NCBI RefSeq assembly: GCF_964355755.1 | Contig: NC_092675.1 | Location: forward strand, 7,373,812-7,437,811 | Source: Antedon mediterranea | Taxonomy: Eukaryota; Animalia; Echinodermata | Direction: 5' to 3' | Length of the DNA stretch: 64,000 bases | Shown: piece after piece, positions 11,899 to 23,600 of the stretch | How the letters are laid out: each line of letters begins with the position of its first letter | Position numbering within the stretch: the stretch's first letter is position 1 | Made by a program: the position numbers and the translations under genes | Notes under the pieces: generated by a model | What the model saw: only the letters and a program-made list of their open reading frames with translations | What the model was told of the DNA's origin: nothing | Database searches by the model: none

Positions 11899-12890
11899 GT
11901 ATGCCTATGGGTTTCTTTCTTTGGTTTTCATTTATTGTGTCTATTTAGGCCTACTGACACAGGAGGGTCTTTTGGAAGACACCTTAATTAAGGGTTATGT
12001 AGCCTAGGCCTTATCGATCGACTGTTTTATGAACATTAATCTTAACAATAATCGGTAGGTATAAAGAAAAATCAAATTTATGTACAAACTGTATCCTATA
12101 TTCATATAGACAAAGACCTATTAATAGCCTATATCGGTAATTATATATACATTTTACGTAAGGGCAAAATACGGTAAATCGCGCCTTACTTCTACTGTGG
12201 AATTTTTACTTGATGGTATATAAAGTTTGTTCATACGTTCGGTACTGCTTTTAACTACCTAACATACCCCTGTTTACTAATTAAGTTTAGTTAGGTAATT
12301 ATTTACTGGCGATTACAACGAATTTAGGTTCAAATAGGGGTGTTTTCCGGATCGTGGTATACACTGTCTAATGGATACCGATGCTAAAAAATACTCGCAC
12401 ACAATATCTAGGCCTATAGTATCTTTACTAGACAACGCAGTGGGATCAGCTGCACTACTTCGAACAGCTTAGCGTTCTCAAGCTAAGTTAATTAGTCAGA
12501 CGTTTTGTCCTACTCTGTGTACTTGTAGGGTCTACTTAAAGAAAAAACATGAAAAATTAAGAATAATAAAATCAGACTTTGAATAGCCCACTTTGTAATT
12601 TTAACAAAGTGAATCACTTTCGGCCTCACAGTTATGTATATCACCATTTTATTTATATGGTGCTTTTAACAAAGCACATAAATCCCTAAAACTTTACAAA
12701 AAAAGCTTAAGAAAAACAATTAAAAAATGAAACAAACTATCAGGTCTGTGCTTGACCAAGGACACATCACCGGGTATTCACTTGGTCATCTCACCATTTT
12801 ACCATAATTAATATTAATTCTTTTTTCCCCTCAGATTGCTTAAACTATCGGTTAAGGCTTACATAGCTTAGAAAATAGTTTCAGTGCAAA

Positions 12891-13708
12891 ATGAAGGTAT
12901 GTTTCAAATGTTGAAATTATAACTCCCACAAGAACTCGATGAAAACTGTGCGATGAATTAGCGAAAAAAATTAATAATTATATAAAAAAAAAACAATACA
13001 ATGGTTATTACAACCATCTCGTTGATCAATCACTCCAACCCATCCTTCTCACACCCTTATTCTTTTTGTTAACTTTTTTTTAGCAATCTGAATTTTATGC
13101 CTTTTGGATGTGTTTTCTACTATTTATACCTTCTTATTTTTGTTTTTTGTATTTTGTTGTCTATAGTTTTGCTTTGAATATGCTTAGTCCTCTAAGCTGT
13201 GACCTGGGATGTTTGTTACATTTTTTAAATTTGAAATATCATATTCGTTTAGGAACATTATTTATGAGAATATTGGAGAAGAAAAAGTAGAGTTAAATTA
13301 GGAATTGTCAGATCATAGATTATCTTCTTTAACGTTTCTATTTATTTACAGATTCTCGTTATCATTCCAATTATTCTGGCAGTTATCACAGCATCACTTG
13401 CCGAAAAAGAACGGTGTAACGTCGTTGCAAAAAGCTGGGTTACATGTACATCGAGTAACGACTTTATTCAAAAAGGAGAAGTCGAAACAACTCTTAACTA
13501 TGCGGTAAAGATTGATAAAGCTGACGTTGGACCGCTGGTTTGTTGTAAAACACAGAGTTGCAAGGAGAAAAGTTGCAGATACGCAGCGTCAAAGTGCTCG
13601 TATTATTCTTTTACCAACCAAGTGGCATGGAACAACTCGAACGCTAAGCCGCAAATTAAATGCTATTCCATGGGAGCTATATCTATTTCTTGGGAACATT
13701 TTGAATAA
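12891..13708 (+). CDS. Small secreted cysteine-rich protein, 120 aa, family unrecognised; join(12891..12896,13352..13708)
   Basis: gcaaaATGAAG/gtatgt donor; acceptor tttatttacag/; stop-free frame MKILVIIPIILAVITASLA-EKERCNVVAKSWVTCTSSNDFIQKGEVETTLNYAVKIDKADVGPLVCCKTQSCKEKSCRYAASKCSYYSFTNQVAWNNSNAKPQIKCYSMGAISISWEHFE*; AATAAA at 13833. Confidence 0.8.
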
Positions 13709-13929
13709 ACCACTAAATAGAATTATGCACTGTACAATTAATTACTGATCTATTCTTTGATTTATATTATACAGTAATAATAAGTAAGCACATCATAAAA
13801 CAGTTTTTGCTACAACAAAGACATGATATTAGAATAAAAATTCCTACTGCTACTGCTAATACTGCGTCGAGCTTGCTAAAAAAATTCTTAACTATACTTA
13901 ATATAACAAAAGAGGTTTTAGATATGTAA

Positions 13930-14065
13930 AGCTCTGTCTACACTATCACCCTTTATGTGAAAAAATGTGATGTGTCATATCACTACCATATTTGGGCATA
14001 TAACTACTATTATTTGGGCACATTACACTCGTTTGTCAAACTAATTTGATAGTGCAGACAGAGCT
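13930..14065. mobile_element. Harbinger/Tourist-like MITE family A
   Basis: TIR agctctgtctacactatc, internal ~21-bp atatcactaccatatttgggc repeats. Confidence 0.8.
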
Positions 14066-14569
14066 TTAATAATATTGGGCGAATTAATTTATATAAAAAA
14101 AGTATTTTAACGCTCCATAAGCCACTAGACAAGAGATGGAGCACAGACTGTAAAGAAAATAATTGTACTGTATTAGGCCTATGTTAAGAAAGTTTTAGAG
14201 ATGCACTCATGATAATTATATTCGTATGTGATACTGTAATTAAGAAAGACTATAATTATAAAATAGCTCCTCAATTTAATGTTTAGTAGTGAAAACAAAT
14301 TTATTAGACACAATTGTTACAAATTCAAAAGCAGCTAATGAAAATTAAAAAAACACCCCATAAATAAATGATGTGTGCGATGTTTCATGGTTTTTAAATA
14401 ATACTTTTTTTAAAATTATAAATAATACCTGGTCGATTTAAGCTTCAATCAACATGTTGAAAAGAAAAGTGTGAGGATCAAACTGATTAGAAATGTCAAT
14501 GACATGCCACATATAGAAGACGTTATGTTATGGCGCTAGTTACTACTTGTATTCATGAATGTCTAAGAA

Positions 14570-14955
14570 TGATTACGTAACGTATGACTTGGTGTAGACG
14601 AGATCTCAATTGTTCGGCGATATGACGTCATCGTTGTTGTTGAATGATAAATTGAACGCCACAATCATATTCATAATGGTTAGTCAATTTCTTATTTGTT
14701 TTAAAACTATATCCAATCAAAGAAAAGTACTGTATAATCAATTGAAATCAACACCGTCAAATATTTTTTTGCGAAAACGGCGTTTCATGCAAGAAATTTT
14801 GTAGAGTGCGCCCTCTCACGACTTAAGCTATTACGTCATATGATTTGTTATTTTTCCATGAACTTGCAAAAAACATATGAACGAAGCTGTGCAACATTTC
14901 TACAAAAATACCAGGCTTTCTATTTGATTTTTCATAATGAATCTAGGAAATTGAA
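14570..14955 (+). promoter_or_regulatory. Putative ABCA promoter and non-coding exon 1
   Basis: TTACGTAA ~14573, CRE TGACGTCA 14623-14630, CCAAT 14713, TTACGTCA 14831; donor GAA/gtgagt at 14956. The first coding exon has an upstream acceptor, so a UTR exon is expected. Confidence 0.45.
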
Positions 14956-14989
14956 GTGAGTATAAGTAGTTTAGACAGATCCTAATCCA

Positions 14990-15360
14990 CTAGGCCTAGC
15001 TGTTGTTAACTTTTTCAGTATTTAGCCAGGATAAGTTTAAAGTTTAGTTAGGCCTGGCCCTACACTCTAGCTAGCTAGGCTAGGCCTAGCTAGTAGCCTT
15101 AGGCCTAGTCTAGGCTAGGTAGGCCTACTAGCCTAGGCTAGGTAGGCCTACTAGCCTAGCTAGGCCTAGGCCTAACTAGATATGATGGTAGGTGGGCCTA
15201 GCTAGCCTCTAGGCCTAGTAGGCTAGGCCTAGTAGCTAGTAGGCTACCTTTTGAGTAGTACTAGTAGAGGGTAGGCCTAGCCTGGCCCTAGCCTAGGCCT
15301 ATTTATTATTAATCTAGGCCTAGCCGGGACTAGGCCTAGTAGCTAGGCTAGGCCCTATTT
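14990..15360. repeat. (TAGGCC/CTAG)-rich low-complexity palindromic tract
   Basis: Dense taggccta, ctagctag and taggctag words. Confidence 0.9.
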
Positions 15361-17579
15361 TTAGGTAGATCACATTCTTTTGTTCGGACGTATAGTAAAT
15401 TCCTTCAGTACACGAGTACTTTCAAACAATCTGATTGGATAATATAATTACTTCTAGTTCTACATAATATGACGTGAGCGAAATAGGCTATATATAAATT
15501 TGAACATTTCATGCACAGTGGATTTTTTTAGTGAGCTGTTAGTTCACGTTCGGCACACACTGTGAGGAAAATAACATGTGTGATAACAAATATTAGACAC
15601 GATAGCATGTGTGCCGATTCTTCACAAATTTGTCGGCGCAACACTGTGAGTGTTATTCCTGTCAGTTGTATTAGCCGATAGATAGAGTGCGCCGGGCTTT
15701 AGGTCATCCCTCTGACTAGGCCTAGCTCTCGAGGCTTATATGTGGAGGAGGCTGACACTACAGACGATGGAGACCACGGACAATCGATGATCAGGTCCAT
15801 TTTTAAAGGCCTATAGGCTATAGTTATATATAGCTATATAGTATTCCACATCGATATAAACCCAAGGCCTATATATATGGTTTGTACAGTACAGTAGATT
15901 TTGCTGACTAGGTTTATTTATTTTATGTGTAAAGTGACTGGGGTTGGGTCAACCGGCTCAGCTACTGTGATTAAGATCACTTATGTTGACCCTGGTCTTC
16001 CCAATTTCAGTTTTTTTTTGTTATGTACTGTACATACCGAAATAGACCGAATAAATAATGAAATTAAATTATTATTTAAAGTGGTTAGGCCTATTAAAAT
16101 ATGCCATATTTTTCTGTCTTAATGTTTGTTTTTATTTATGGTTCAAATCATCCAACAATGCATGCAATTTCAAATTGTGAAATTAATAAAGGAAAATTAT
16201 GTACTATTTTAAATTGTGCAAGAAAATGTGAAAAAAATTTGCTTGACTTAAAATAGGTTATTAATGTATATTTGAAAGGAGAATATGGCATAGCTAGGCC
16301 CTACATATCTAAACAAGATTGGAGCATTTAACGTTATTAATTGAGACACGGCCCTCCTAGATTAAAAGTCAAAACATGCCAAGAGTTCAGAACATCTTTT
16401 TAGACTAATTAATGGATATGCACAGTTCTGTAGCAGAAACTCTACCATTATTAATTAGCTCTGAGACTCGAGGCATGTACCATAGACCAGTGGTAGTTAC
16501 ATGCAGCAAGATAACAATTTTCAAAGGCAAAATGTATGTCCCTGTCAAATTGGTATGTGCTAGAGCTAGCATATGATCATAAATTCTTATATTGTTTCCC
16601 TTTATATGAATACAAAACTATTAATAATTAATGATTCCATATGCACTACAGTTACATACTGTAGCATTACATAAGCAGCATTCATTGGAGCATGACATTT
16701 TCTCTGAACTATACATAATTCATATGGATTGATGTCGATGCCTATATGTACACAGTAGTATCCAATTATTTTAAGTACGCACAAACAGCTTGTTTATATT
16801 GTAATATTAGACTACAAACAGATTGAACTATGTGAGTATGTTTTGGTATATAATGAACATCATGTAATGAAAGATCTGACAGTAATACTGTAAATAAAGG
16901 GCAAACTGCTTTACTGCCATACCGATGTTTGAATCTTTTATTCACTCTTTAGTATTGCTTCAGAGTATATAATATCATTGAATTAAAATTGATTATTTTT
17001 GTATTTTCTGTTATCTTGTGACTTGCTTAACTAGCCCCTGTCAACTACTTAGACGATATAATAAAACCGTAAATAAAAAAATATAAATAAAAAAAATTGC
17101 ATAGAAAAATATACTATTTATAAAATGTCAGTAAATTATTGAATATAAAAAATACAATTGTTTGAATGACATTATGATTGATTTTTATACTAAAACTTGC
17201 TATTTCAATGGTTCGTTTACTGCAGTAATTGCATTTCATACATATTTCAAGATTTTAGATTTTACAGCTCACTATGTCGGTCGGTTAGTTTAGTTTAGTA
17301 AACAAATTTGCATGTACTGATTGGCTGCTAGCCAATGTGTTTCTTTGTGTGCTATTTTACGCAAATTGCTAGTCTAATTTATTTGTTTCTTTTCAGGAAA
17401 TTTGTTCAATATGGTATTAGAAAATCAATGAAATATAACTTATTAAGGGAAACTGTACCTCTAGATTGTTTAAATATCTAGACAACAAACAGTTAATTTC
17501 ATTTGAAACTGACAAGGACACACAAAGGACAACGAAATTCTTCAGAAGCTCACAAGCCAGTGAAAGGGAATCTGTGAAA

Positions 17580-17645
17580 ATGGGATTCACCAATCAGCTA
17601 TACCTTTTGACGTGGAAGAATTTTGTTCATCGTAAAAGACAACGG
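17580..17645 (+). CDS. ABCA coding exon 1 (acceptor at 17396, UTR 17397-17579)
   Basis: [22 protein letters not shown], donor gtaatt, 66 nt. Confidence 0.9.
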
Positions 17646-20600
17646 GTAATTTATGTTTTTGTGGATACTTTTTAACAGAAGAATACATTTATATTAAGCT
17701 ATGTCTACACTATCGACTAGTTTCACAAAAAAAGTATTATGTGCCCAAATATGGTAGTGATATGCCTTAATATGGTAGTGATATGCTTTAATATGGTAGT
17801 GATATGACATCATTATGTCTATAGGCACATCACATTTTTTATCACATAAAGTTTGATAGTATAGAAAGAGCTTAAAATACAAACTTGTATGTTAGTATTG
17901 CGAGCCATTTTATGACTTAAGAGAATCAAATGTTTGCACTGTTTAATGACCATCTGAGATTGTGTTGAAGTCAACCATTTCTCCACAGAAACTATTTTTT
18001 TTTAAATGGGTTTTTTTTTTGTATTTCTGACCAGAATCAATTTGTGTTTTTAACTTCTGTTATTAAGAAATTATTTATTTTAAAGATACAGTTACCTAAA
18101 GAAAACAAAAAGCTAAATGTTCAAATTAGGCCTAATGTAATATAGTTATGTTTGTAATATATTTGTTCCCATTGTTTTTACAGTTCCGACTGTTGGTAGA
18201 AATCTGTTGGCCGCTCCTTATTTTTATAATTCTTGTAATTATAAGAAAATTTGAACTTCCTGAGTTTAAAAAAGAATGTAAGTATCCGTCTTTTTATCAT
18301 AAAGGCCAATTTTCACAGACGATCAGTAACAGTAATAAAAATATAGAATCTATGTTATTCCTATGACCATATACATACTGTACAACACAGAGTGGGACAA
18401 TAAAATAAGACATTAAACACATCCTCTCACCGTTACCGCCAGTCTGTGTAAATTGGTCTTTATGTATCTGCAGTATCGTGTTTGTTATTTACTGTGGTTG
18501 TCTGGTTTAGATGTGAAGATAAAAATAATAAAATCATAAAAGTAAAAAAAATCAAATTAATATTGAATTATAAGATGTAATTTTACTGATTTAGATAACT
18601 TGTATAACAAATTTATCATATGAAATTAAATTAATTCAACAGAAAGAATTACATAATAATATAAGCATAAGATATAATAAACTAATTGTAGGAAAAACCA
18701 CAACAAACAAACAGAGATTCTTTCGCAATGCGAATAGCAAACCAATGTATTTATATTTTTTGTATTTCAAACTTTGAACACTTGTTAACATTTTAACCTC
18801 ATTTTGTTAAATTGTTGATGTTTTTTTTAATAACTTTTTGTCTCTGAAAACAAATTTCATGATTTCAATATTTTTACAATACATATGATGAAATAAAATG
18901 AATCTGAATCTACTCAAGATTGGTTGTATGATTACATGAACAATTTCTAGTGAAAAGTATGGAAAGGTGCATTATAAAACCTACAGTAGTACAGTACAAG
19001 ACATTGGATGGTAGACTACTTAACTTGTCTGTACAAAAGACATTTTGTCAACAAGTAGTTAAACAATACAATAGATTTGGTTTCAGTTCAAGTACCTTTT
19101 TCTACAGGTTTTGTCAATATTCGTATGTTTTATTTGAAAAAAAATGCAAGTCACAACAACCTTGTTGAAAGATTAAAAGAACAACAATCTTGAAATATTA
19201 TTTATTATTTTAATTCTTCCAAATAGTAAAAATATGACACATGATAATCATATTACATTTTTTATACTTTATTGAAAATTGATTTACTTACAGAATTACA
19301 TTTTATTGTCACATAAAATTTGATAGTGTAGACAGAGCTTTAACAGTTTGTGGAAAATTGACTAGTAAATCTTCAAATCTGAAACAATATTTATTTATGC
19401 CAACTAAATCTAGACAAAAAGTATTGTATTCTCATCCTTGTAAATGATTACGATTGTTTTACAAAATGTCTGTGTATCTGTTTTAGGTCATTTCTATAGC
19501 CGAGCTTTGTTTTCGGCCGGCTGGGTACCTACACTACAGTCTTTTGTATGTGATAGTCAGCATGTATGCCACAGCAACGTAACATCGGGTGAGGAGGCAG
19601 GCAACATCAATGACTTTCAATCATCCGGGTAAGAAGAAATCTAATTTGTTTTATAGTTTTGTTCCTAAACTAGGGGTGTATAAACTATGCTTAACTCAAA
19701 GTGATGCTTACCTTAAGTAAAATAAGGACACAAAGAGTATTACTTGTATAGGCTGCCTCCTCTCATAGTTTATACGTGTGTCATGTGTTCCTTCATTTTA
19801 CAATTTATTTGGATATTGGTTGTTAATTTACTGTGGAAGAAATAAATGTTAATTTGAATTGTTGTGTGTTAGGCTTGAAACAAGATATTTCTAAACTATT
19901 GGTAAAATCAAGCATTATCAATTGTGTTCATGTTACAATTTAGAGTGTTAGTCTGCACCAATTATACTAATGTTCCAAATTCAGTTTAGAAAAAATAAGC
20001 TACAGTAAGTTGAAAAATCGCTGAAAATCATTGACATACGATTTGCTAACATTAACAATAACAAGCAGGTTTAACTCTACTATAGAGAATGACTTTATTA
20101 TTGTTATTTTATGGTGTTACTGTCACCATTTTATTCTGTTTTTTTCATTCACATAAAGAATTACTGTACTGTTAATATAAAAAATACATATTTATAAAAT
20201 TTGCCATAGCAAAAGGAACTGAATTGCAGTTTAACTTTTACACAAAAACAATAAATTGTTTACTATTACTATACAATTAATAATATTACAATAGTTAATT
20301 CTAAAGTATTTTGCAATTTTTCACATTATTTTGACTCCATGCAGTTATTAGCTGTTTTTTAAAGGAGTATACTCTTTTATTTTTAGCATCCTTAATATTA
20401 TAATTCTTTGTACAGTATTTATATACGCCCACTTGCTACAAGACAGCTCATCTCAAATTATGTTGATTGCCTTCTCAAATTAAGCATTTTTTTCCAGTTA
20501 GTCTTCCCACCTTTATCTACCGTATCTATAAATTAGTTTTTGTAGATTGACTGTATGTAACTTTAATATTGTAAACATAGACATGTATTTGGATTTTAAT

Positions 20601-23600
20601 TCTAAATTGAAAAAAAAAACACACAACTTTTGTATGACTTTAGTGTACTGTACATACAGTATACACTTTCCAACTTTATGTGACACAAAACATTACAATT
20701 CTGGATTGTCTTAAAAAAAGAACATAATCTTGAATTCAGAAACTTCTTGTAAAAACATAATTTTTGTACTAGCTTTATTGCTAGGCGTGTTCTGTCTTGA
20801 TATACAAATATTGTTATGTAAAGCAGAACCCTATTAAGGAGATACCTTCAAGATGCACCCAAAGTTTCTCAGTATTGTTGTACTGTATGTGTGATTCTCT
20901 TGAAAACTCTATTATATTTATAGTATATTGTTCAGTTTATGACTATTATCGTCGGCCAAACAGAAGAAGTAAAATGGGGGTTATCAATAATTACAATATT
21001 TTATTTTATATTTAAAGAAACATGCTATTGAGCTGTTTGGTCTTCCTGTTTCCTGTTACCTATTGTTTAGTGTTTGTATCCGTTTCCAATCTTTACCTGT
21101 TTACTACATATTTTTTTTACATTAAGGCAATTCACAAAGCAACAAAAAATATTTCATAATGTTGTATTCAGACAATAGAAACAAAACCACAATGAACTTC
21201 ATTTAGTACAGTTAACTCTCAGATTTTATTATTAAGTATCTTGTTAACAAATTTCTGTAGTAAATATAATATTGTGTGCATCATTACAGGGTTTCGCATA
21301 ATTTTACATACTTTTGATTGTGTATTTCTAAAGTGCAGTATTTATCTCCATTTCCGTGTGTCTGTATTTGGACTTCATTTTGTAGATACCTCAATTAGTA
21401 CTACAGTACAATACTACAACTAGAACCCTATGACCATATTCACCATTCACACTTTCTAAGGGAAACAGTTACCCTTAAAATTTAAAAAAAATATGTATCA
21501 AATATAAGTAAACACAATTTAAGTGAAATACAATAATACAATATTAACAAGTGTTTTTAGCCTCTGTACTGCTGTTTGTATGTTTTAATACAGCATACTG
21601 AAAAAATAAATAAAAACCAGTCCTTCACGAATGAAAAATCGAGGAGAGCAATGAATTGCTCTCTTAGTACAGTACATGGTGCAAAATGTGGACTAGCCTA
21701 GGTTGGGTTCGGGAGTAATTAGTTGCTCTCCTCGAAGCATTATTTAGGAGAGCGGAAGAGAGCAATCGCTCTCACTTTCCTTAAAACTGAAGGACTGAAA
21801 AATGATGGAGATTGCATACTGAAAAACCAGATTTTCCAGAAAAATGACATTATGGCCTAATCCAATTTCATTCATTAAATATTCACTATTCAAATCTTTT
21901 AATCTACCCATAATTTATATGGTAAAAGTATTAGCAGAAATTACCATGCCCTACATGCAATTGACATTCTAAAAAGTGTACTCTATTATTATTATAATCT
22001 AGGTACTACTATTATTTCCTTTTTAAAAGTTGTTTTTTATTATATTGAGAATAGAATTGATTAAATTTATTTATTGCCATATTTATTCGATTTAAATACA
22101 TCTGGTTTTCTAACAAATAAAGGCTCCGGGGCATTTATATATTACATATGAAGTCCTATGGGGAGAGGCGTTTTTTGGGGTGGCCACTTTTTTAAATCGG
22201 AGCGTTTATTCAAATAAATACGGTATGTGTTTTACACCATATTCTAAGATATGACCAATAAACATGAGCAAATTATTAATAATTGTATAATTTTATTTAG
22301 TTTCAAATAAACCACAGACAATGTCATATTTAAAACAAACGTGTGTGCATTATATTTTATTTTTCAGGTTAAATCAAGTTTTGTTTGACATTGAACAAAT
22401 CTTTTCGAATGCAACAGTAATAGAAGAAGGCAGTAAACTGTGGTTGCAAATCTCTGATATCAACAATCGACTAAACCAAGATGGATGGCGAAATATACCG
22501 TCCAACCTGCCACAAGGTACCGTCATATCATTCTCATAATATCTGTCTCATACAGTATTATCTGTATATAATTCTTTACATTAATCCATTCATGAATACG
22601 TACGTTTGCGACGTTTCGGCTTGTTTTCAGCGAATTTTCATCTGTCAATGACTAGGTGTTAGTGGTCACTAGAAGTAGCTTTGCTAGAGTAGTTGTAGAG
22701 CAGCGCCCCTATTAGTAACCTTGGGCGGCGATTTTCCGAAGTTCTTCAGGTAAAATGAGTTGGTCATAGTGTATGTGAGAAAGCGAGAACACACTGTCAT
22801 CCCTATATTGTATTTTTGTTTTTTCTAATCCATAAAGATTCTTTTATTATTCATTTTTGCCATGTGCTTTATTTTTGTAATATTTTTGTGTCATGGTTAA
22901 ATTAAATAAACAAAAGAGCAACTAGCAATAATTAAAAATAAAATCTCCCAAGAATTATAAAAATAGTAGTCTATTTTCATACCATCCAATTTACCATAAG
23001 TTAATGTATCCTTCTTATAATATCTGTCTTATATTATTAATATTATTAATTATATCACAAATAAACAGAAGAGCAGCTAAATAATAATTCCAAATAATAT
23101 CTCCAAAAAATTAAAATTATAAAATATAGTAATCTATTTTTTATATTGTTTATTATAATCTGAAATAGTGATTGTGAATGAAATGATTGTATTATTTAAA
23201 TTACATCAAAGGTTAAGTATATGTAGTATCAGTAGTGAATATATACTTGTGTTTTTTTTTGTACAGTATCCCATTAAACAAGATATTCCAATTAAAAAAC
23301 TGCTGACATTTACAGTACTGTAATTACCTATGTATTATTGCGAAACAAACAATTGTTGAATAATATACGCACTGAGGAATTAGTTTAGATGTGCATTACT
23401 GAATTTACAGTCAATGTTTGCATTTTCTGAATTTGAGAGTCGTCAAGTGATGTATCACTTTTCCTGTATTGTAAGAATATTTCTGAATATAAAATATTAT
23501 TATTACATTTTTAGTATATCACCGGGTGGTTTAGAATTAATGTTCTTTGCCTTTTGTGTTTATATAAATTAATTTGAAATGATAAGATGAGGAAATCTGT

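Noticed and set aside
13305-13748. ORF-track entries 13305..13508 and 13512..13748
   Set aside because: Wrong frames overlapping the real coding exon 13352-13708
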